From a virus, in IMG/VR virus record IMGVR_UViG_3300020477_001468, positions 1 to 64,000 of that record: a DNA stretch of 64,000 nt. One strand, 5' to 3'. The notes below the pieces were generated by a model, which saw only the letters and a list, made by a program, of their open reading frames with translations, had not been told where the DNA came from and ran no database searches. This document shows positions 59,527 through 64,000 of this stretch, piece after piece. The translations under genes and the position numbers were made by a program. Every line of letters begins with the position of its first letter. Positions within the stretch are counted from its first letter, which is position 1.

Positions 59527-60082
59527 TTTTCAAACTTTTTCTAACTTCATTAAATACAGAAGCTACTAAGCTATCATCTATCAAATCAATTGATCGCTTT
59601 GCCTCATTTTTTTCAATTTCATACTCATATTTGGAAACTGTTTTTCTAAGTGTTGGATCTAAAGAATCATAGGTTGTTTCATCAATCTCTAAAAGAACTT
59701 CTTTTTTATCTGAAGTAGTTTCTCTTAAAATTCTATTATAAGAATGTATAGTAGACATAGCTTCTGCAATACTATCATATTTTTTTGTTATAAAATTATT
59801 CATTTCCTTTGTACTTAAAGGCCATTCAAAATAAGGATCTACAATATCATTTGCAAAAAATATTACCCACGTATACTTGACATCTCCATAATATTCATGA
59901 GCTAATGTATCAGGTCGTTCACCATCTTCAATAACATATGGATAGTAAATAAAAGCCTTTTCTCTTGCCAATTGTGTTAATTTTTGGCGAACAAAAATAT
60001 TAGCTACTGTTGTATATTCATTAGAAGTTGTACCATTAATGTTATAATTAATGGTTGGCATTAAATCAAAATACTTTGACAT
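59519..60082 (-). CDS. gp53: Baseplate wedge subunit (T4 gp53-like, LysM-type)
   Basis: GERPDTLAHEYYGD, WPLS and YEYE..KNE.KR.I. Confidence 0.92.
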   Translation of the reverse strand: MSKYFDLMPTINYNINGTTSNEYTTVANIFVRQKLTQLAREKAFIYYPYVIEDGERPDTLAHEYYGDVKYTWVIFFANDIVDPYFEWPLSTKEMNNFITKKYDSIAEAMSTIHSYNRILRETTSDKKEVLLEIDETTYDSLDPTLRKTVSKYEYEIEKNEAKRSIDLIDDSLVASVFNEVRKSLKNA

Positions 60083-60096
60083 TTAGTCCCTTGTCT

Positions 60097-61167
60097 TTAT
60101 CCTACGTTACGGAAATTACCAGATCTTTCTTGTGCTATCGTTGTTGGTGTTCTAGAAGCTGCTCCACGTACGTTACGAACAGTACTATGTCCAAAATCTG
60201 TATCACTTTGATGATACCTAGATTGTTGATGAGGATGCAAGTGCTGCTGTTCCATATCTGTTGCTCTAAAAGTAGAATCAAATGTTTGTCGTGTAAGAAT
60301 TTCCAGTTCCTGAAATGTTAAATCCATTTTAACATTAAAAGGTGCACCTGTATCGTTAAAAAATACAGGAACTCCTTGACCAGCAAAGTCAACATTCATT
60401 TGAGTAATAACTGATCTCTTAATTGTAAATACCCACGAACTTTTACTGTCTGTTTGTTGTTTACCATTAATGAAAAAATCAATATCAAATTGATGAGGAT
60501 GTTGAAGAAAATATGAATGTAACTGAGAAGTAAATCTACCAGGTAACATTCTACTTCTAAATCCTCTAACAATATTATTAATCGATTCAGATTCTTTTTG
60601 GTTTCTTGCAAGAAAATCAAAAGAGAATGTATGTGTTCTAAAATCTCCAGGTCCAGAATAATAAACGGTTAAAAAAGGATTGATAGCTAATCCAGCAGCA
60701 ATCATAGAACCTTTAGCTATATCAGACTTATCTGCTGTAAATTGTGCAACAGATCTTGCCATTTCTGTTCCTGCTGCTTCTTGCCACTCTTCTGATTTTA
60801 CACTCCCAATAGCAGACATAAGAGTATCCTGCATATTAAAAGATGGAGCACTTGTAGCTTTATTATCCATAGCATCTGCAATCATCTTAGAACCACCTGT
60901 CATCAATGCTTCATAACCTTCAAAAGTTTCATATTTTTGCGTATATGAGGTTCTTAACGCATCAGCAGGTATATACAAAGCAACAGACATATCCTGTAAT
61001 GGCTTCATACCATCACCCCCCTGTCCTGGTACAACAGTTTGATCATATGAATTAATTATCATATAATGTTGTTGTGCTGCATTTTCACTACCTATATCTG
61101 CTGGAAAATTATAAGTAGTTGTTATTCCTTTTCTATTTCTTTCTTTTTTCTGACGGGGACTTGGCAT
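60097..61167 (-). CDS. gp48: Baseplate tail tube cap (T4 gp48-like)
   Basis: FP.D, LYIP, NP, FRTHTFSFDF..RN..ES and MDLTFQE. Confidence 0.8.
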   Translation of the reverse strand: MPSPRQKKERNRKGITTTYNFPADIGSENAAQQHYMIINSYDQTVVPGQGGDGMKPLQDMSVALYIPADALRTSYTQKYETFEGYEALMTGGSKMIADAMDNKATSAPSFNMQDTLMSAIGSVKSEEWQEAAGTEMARSVAQFTADKSDIAKGSMIAAGLAINPFLTVYYSGPGDFRTHTFSFDFLARNQKESESINNIVRGFRSRMLPGRFTSQLHSYFLQHPHQFDIDFFINGKQQTDSKSSWVFTIKRSVITQMNVDFAGQGVPVFFNDTGAPFNVKMDLTFQELEILTRQTFDSTFRATDMEQQHLHPHQQSRYHQSDTDFGHSTVRNVRGAASRTPTTIAQERSGNFRNVG

Positions 61168-61172
61168 ATCAA

Positions 61173-61213
61173 CCTAAATAAGAGTAAAGTGTTATAGTTC
61201 TATCATATTTATG
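61173..61213. promoter_or_regulatory. Pair of crossed late promoters (+ CCTAAATA 61173-61180; - CATAAATA 61206-61213)
   Basis: Both boxes are at the gp48/gp4 divergence; the minus-strand box overlaps the gp4 ATG. Confidence 0.6.
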
Positions 61214-61648
61214 GCTTATAAAGGAAAGTATAAATTAATAAACAGACCTAAATATAAAGGTAATCCTATAAACATTATTTATAGAAGTTCGTGGGAACGA
61301 AATTTTATGGTTTATTGTGATACAAATCCTAATGTTATACAATGGTCTAGTGAGGAAATACGTATACCTTATCGTTCACCTATTGATCGAAAGGTACATA
61401 CTTATTACCCTGACTTTTGGATGAAAGTAAAGAAACATGATGATAGTATACAACAGCTGGTAATAGAAATAAAACCCAAAATACAAACAAAACCTCCAAG
61501 ATTAACAAAGGGTAAAGACAAACGATACCTAATTGAAGTAAAAAGATGGGGTGTTAATCAAGCCAAATGGGAAGCTGCTGAAAAGTATTGTAAACAAAAA
61601 AAATGGATGTTCAAACTAATAACCGAGAATGAATTAAAGACTAAATAA
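61211..61648 (+). CDS. gp4: Head completion nuclease (T4 gp4-like)
   Basis: YKG, YRSSWE, WSSEE, YYPDF, IEIKP and NQAKW. Confidence 0.93.
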   Translation: MAYKGKYKLINRPKYKGNPINIIYRSSWERNFMVYCDTNPNVIQWSSEEIRIPYRSPIDRKVHTYYPDFWMKVKKHDDSIQQLVIEIKPKIQTKPPRLTKGKDKRYLIEVKRWGVNQAKWEAAEKYCKQKKWMFKLITENELKTK

Positions 61649-61651
61649 TAC

Positions 61652-62254
61652 ATGGCAAGTAGTTTAAGAAATCTTAGCGTTTCAGTAGGCTCATCAGAAT
61701 TTAGACAAAATACTGCTAATGCTTTAAATTGGTTACATGAAAAATACCAACTATTAATTGGTACTAAACTTAATAGAAAAAGAATACTAGAGGAATCTCC
61801 TAATGTACCTAGACCTTTTGTAGGTCGAATGTACATGTTTAGGTATTTACCAAAAACACGTCAAAAATTACCATATTATGATATGTGTCCTTTAGTAATT
61901 CCAATTGAGGCTTATGGTGCAAATGAAATGCTTGGAATAAATTTTCATTATCTACCTTATCGTATGAGAACAAAATTAATGAGTCATATGTTAGAAAAAG
62001 TTGATTTTGTAAGAGAAGGTAATGAGCATTTTAACTTTCAATATAAACACATTAAAGGTGTTGCGCGATATAGAAATGCAATACCTTGTATACATCGTTA
62101 TGATTTAACAAAGGTAACATCCAAATTGATTAAAATAGCAGCTGATGATTGGATGACAGCACTTTATCTTCCTGTTGAACAATTCGTGAAACAAGATAAG
62201 CGATATGTGTGGGGACAAAGTCGTAAAATGGTTCAAGGAATGCAAGGAGGATAA
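61652..62254 (+). CDS. gp2: DNA end protector (T4 gp2-like)
   Basis: GRMYMF.Y.PK...LPYYD..PL and GINFHYLP. Confidence 0.92.
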   Translation: MASSLRNLSVSVGSSEFRQNTANALNWLHEKYQLLIGTKLNRKRILEESPNVPRPFVGRMYMFRYLPKTRQKLPYYDMCPLVIPIEAYGANEMLGINFHYLPYRMRTKLMSHMLEKVDFVREGNEHFNFQYKHIKGVARYRNAIPCIHRYDLTKVTSKLIKIAADDWMTALYLPVEQFVKQDKRYVWGQSRKMVQGMQGG

Positions 62255-62844
62255 TGTCAAATTTTTCTTTTAATATAGAATCTTTCCAAAAAGTATTAAC
62301 AATGAGAGGAGGGCTTCAACAGCCCAATAGATACTCTGTTTATATTTCACAACCACAAGCTGGTGAAATGGATTCTGAGACAGCTAAAGATATACCCTAT
62401 TTGGCAGAAGCATTAACTTTTCCAGGTAGATCTATCGCTACTGCAGATTATAAAACCTATGGTCCAGTAACAAAAATTGGTAGAGAAAGCATATATGCTG
62501 ATATGTCCATAACTTTTATGCTTACTGCAGATATGGCTATTAGAGAGTATTTTGATCGATGGTTAAATCTAGTACAAAATGATAGAACATATGATCCAAA
62601 CTATATTGATGATTATGCTGGAGATATATACATTGGCCAGTTAAATGCTGAAGATGAAGAAAGAATATTATCTGGATCAGCTGATGCACAGTATTTTTCA
62701 TATGCACAAAAGATTGAAGATGCTTTTCCTACCTCTGTTGGAGATATCACATTAGGGCATGCAGAAAATAATACTTATGGGAAATTATTAGTTAATTTTA
62801 CATATCGAAGATCAATAAATTTGAATCTTACACCACCATATTAG
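62254..62844 (+). CDS. Tail tube / tube initiator protein (gp54/gp19-like)
   Basis: GGL..PNRY, FPGRS, YFDRW, AFP..VG and V.FTYR. Confidence 0.75.
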   Translation: MSNFSFNIESFQKVLTMRGGLQQPNRYSVYISQPQAGEMDSETAKDIPYLAEALTFPGRSIATADYKTYGPVTKIGRESIYADMSITFMLTADMAIREYFDRWLNLVQNDRTYDPNYIDDYAGDIYIGQLNAEDEERILSGSADAQYFSYAQKIEDAFPTSVGDITLGHAENNTYGKLLVNFTYRRSINLNLTPPY

Positions 62845-62868
62845 AATATGAATGAGGATGATTAAATT

Positions 62869-63597
62869 ATGGCTTTACCAAAACTGAATACCCCCACATA
62901 TAAAATTAAATTACATTCTATAGATCATGAAATTTCATATAGACCTTTTCTTGTAAAAGAAGAAAAGATATTGTTAATGGCTATAGAATCTAAAAATGAC
63001 GAAACAATGTTACAGGCAATTCGTCAAATAATAAACAATTGCTGTACTGATGTGAAGAAAATAAAAATTGAATCATTACCGTTATTTGATTTAGAATATT
63101 GGTTTTTACATCTACGTGCTAAATCTGTAGGAGAAAGTGTTAAATTAATGCTACCGTGTGCAAAATGTGAAAGCAATGTACCAGTAGATTTTAACATAAA
63201 TGATGTAGCACTACAACTTGATGATGATCATTCACCTCTTGTTAAATTAACGGATACTGTTTCCATAAAAATGGCATATCCAAATATTAAACAATTTTCT
63301 TCATTTACTACGCAGGATACAACAAAAGTGACAGATAAAATGTTTAGTTTAATAAGAGATTGTACTGAGAGTATTATAGAAGGTGATAAGATTTTTGAAG
63401 CTAAATTACAAACTAAAACTGAACTTGATGAGTTTGTACAATCACTCAATCAAGAACAATTTCGTAAAGTAATAGGTTTTTTTGATACAATGCCTAAATT
63501 ACGGCATACATTAAATTATCAGTGTACAAAAGAAGGCTGTGATGAACGTACTACATATACTATTCAAGGATTAGAGAATTTTTTTTTATCGCCATGA
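62869..63597 (+). CDS. gp26: Baseplate hub assembly protein (T4-like gp26)
   Basis: MALPKL, YRPFLVKEEK, LRAKSVGE, MPKL and GL..FF. Confidence 0.9.
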   Translation: MALPKLNTPTYKIKLHSIDHEISYRPFLVKEEKILLMAIESKNDETMLQAIRQIINNCCTDVKKIKIESLPLFDLEYWFLHLRAKSVGESVKLMLPCAKCESNVPVDFNINDVALQLDDDHSPLVKLTDTVSIKMAYPNIKQFSSFTTQDTTKVTDKMFSLIRDCTESIIEGDKIFEAKLQTKTELDEFVQSLNQEQFRKVIGFFDTMPKLRHTLNYQCTKEGCDERTTYTIQGLENFFLSP

Positions 63598-63782
63598 TTC
63601 ATAATTCATTAGCAAACTATTATAAAACAATGTTTGCTTTGAAGATACATCATAGTTTTGATATGGCTTATGTAGAAAATTTAATACCATTTGAACTTGA
63701 AGTGTACACAACATTATTAATGCAATATATTGAAGAAGAGAATGATAGAATTAAACGACAACAACAACAAATGAACCATTAA
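63594..63782 (+). CDS. gp51: Baseplate hub assembly catalyst (T4-like gp51)
   Basis: L.NYYKT.FAL..HH and E.LIPFE.EVY..LL. Confidence 0.85.
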   Translation: MIHNSLANYYKTMFALKIHHSFDMAYVENLIPFELEVYTTLLMQYIEEENDRIKRQQQQMNH

Positions 63783-63790
63783 GGATAATA

Positions 63791-64000
63791 ATGGCAGAAG
63801 ACTTATCGGGTCTAATCAAATCATTTCAACAGGCTTCTGAAGAGCAGACCACAGAAACAAAAAAACAAACTGAGCATCTCGATGTAAGTAATATATCGCT
63901 AGACAAACTTTCTCATGGACTTGAAAACATAAGTGAGCGATCTCATCGACAAGCCTTATATTTGGAACAAGCCAATTTATTACAAAATAAACTGGCTGGT
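63791..64000 (+). CDS. Probable tape measure / gp29-like protein, 5' part only
   Basis: ATG after an AAGGA RBS, open to the window end (MAEDLSGLIKSFQQASEEQ...), helical. Call rests on position after gp51. Confidence 0.5.
   Translation, partial: MAEDLSGLIKSFQQASEEQTTETKKQTEHLDVSNISLDKLSHGLENISERSHRQALYLEQANLLQNKLAG

Noticed and set aside
61211-61648. TnsA-like transposase or mobile element
   Set aside because: Motifs and position next to gp2 identify the T4 gp4 head completion nuclease; no transposon ends were seen.
1071-63449. Many short ORF-track entries antisense to or nested in long genes (e.g. 1071..1274, 5248..5502, 35135..35500, 46078..46347, 60680..60916)
   Set aside because: They are shadow frames of well-supported genes, with no recognisable motifs.
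1-64000. Stop-codon reassignment, introns, inteins, tRNAs
   Set aside because: Core genes are full-length and tightly packed under the standard bacterial code; no intein or homing endonuclease motifs or cloverleafs were recognised by eye.

Overview
The window is a gene-dense, AT-rich segment of a large T4-like myovirus, with gene order resembling marine cyanophage/pelagiphage-type T4-likes. It has four parts. (1) 1-4401: seven membrane or periplasmic accessory genes just downstream of terminase small subunit gp16. These are a holin-like 3-TM protein, a membrane-anchored c-type cytochrome, an AapJ amino-acid-binding protein, an orphan Pycsar-type TM effector, a MotA/TolQ/ExbB plus MotB/ExbD-like pair, and a further TM protein. 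(2) 4402-7677: gp16, gp15, gp14, gp13. (3) 7713-33088: a ~25 kb modification island between the neck and fibre genes. It holds sugar-precursor enzymes, about 11 glycosyltransferase-like genes, 6 radical SAM genes plus a free SPASM domain, 2 SGNH proteins, 2 2OG-Fe(II)-type oxygenases, a kinase-like gene and an unannotated 32-aa basic peptide. (4) 33085-64000: fibres, a VrlC-like protein, gp8, gp7, gp6, gp25, gp5, hub, gp53, gp48, gp4, gp2, gp54-like, gp26, gp51 and the start of a probable tape measure. The leading hypothesis is a late-expressed, phage-encoded virion glycosylation/tailoring system. The fibre next to the island ends in four tandem N-Y-S/T sequons, and [AGS]-N-T motifs recur in baseplate proteins. 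The second lead is a U_UUU_UUA slippery site that would fuse gp26 to gp51 by -1 frameshift, as in lambda G/GT tail chaperones. All product calls are from motifs recognised by eye; no searches were run. No tRNA, rRNA, CRISPR array or mobile element was recognised.
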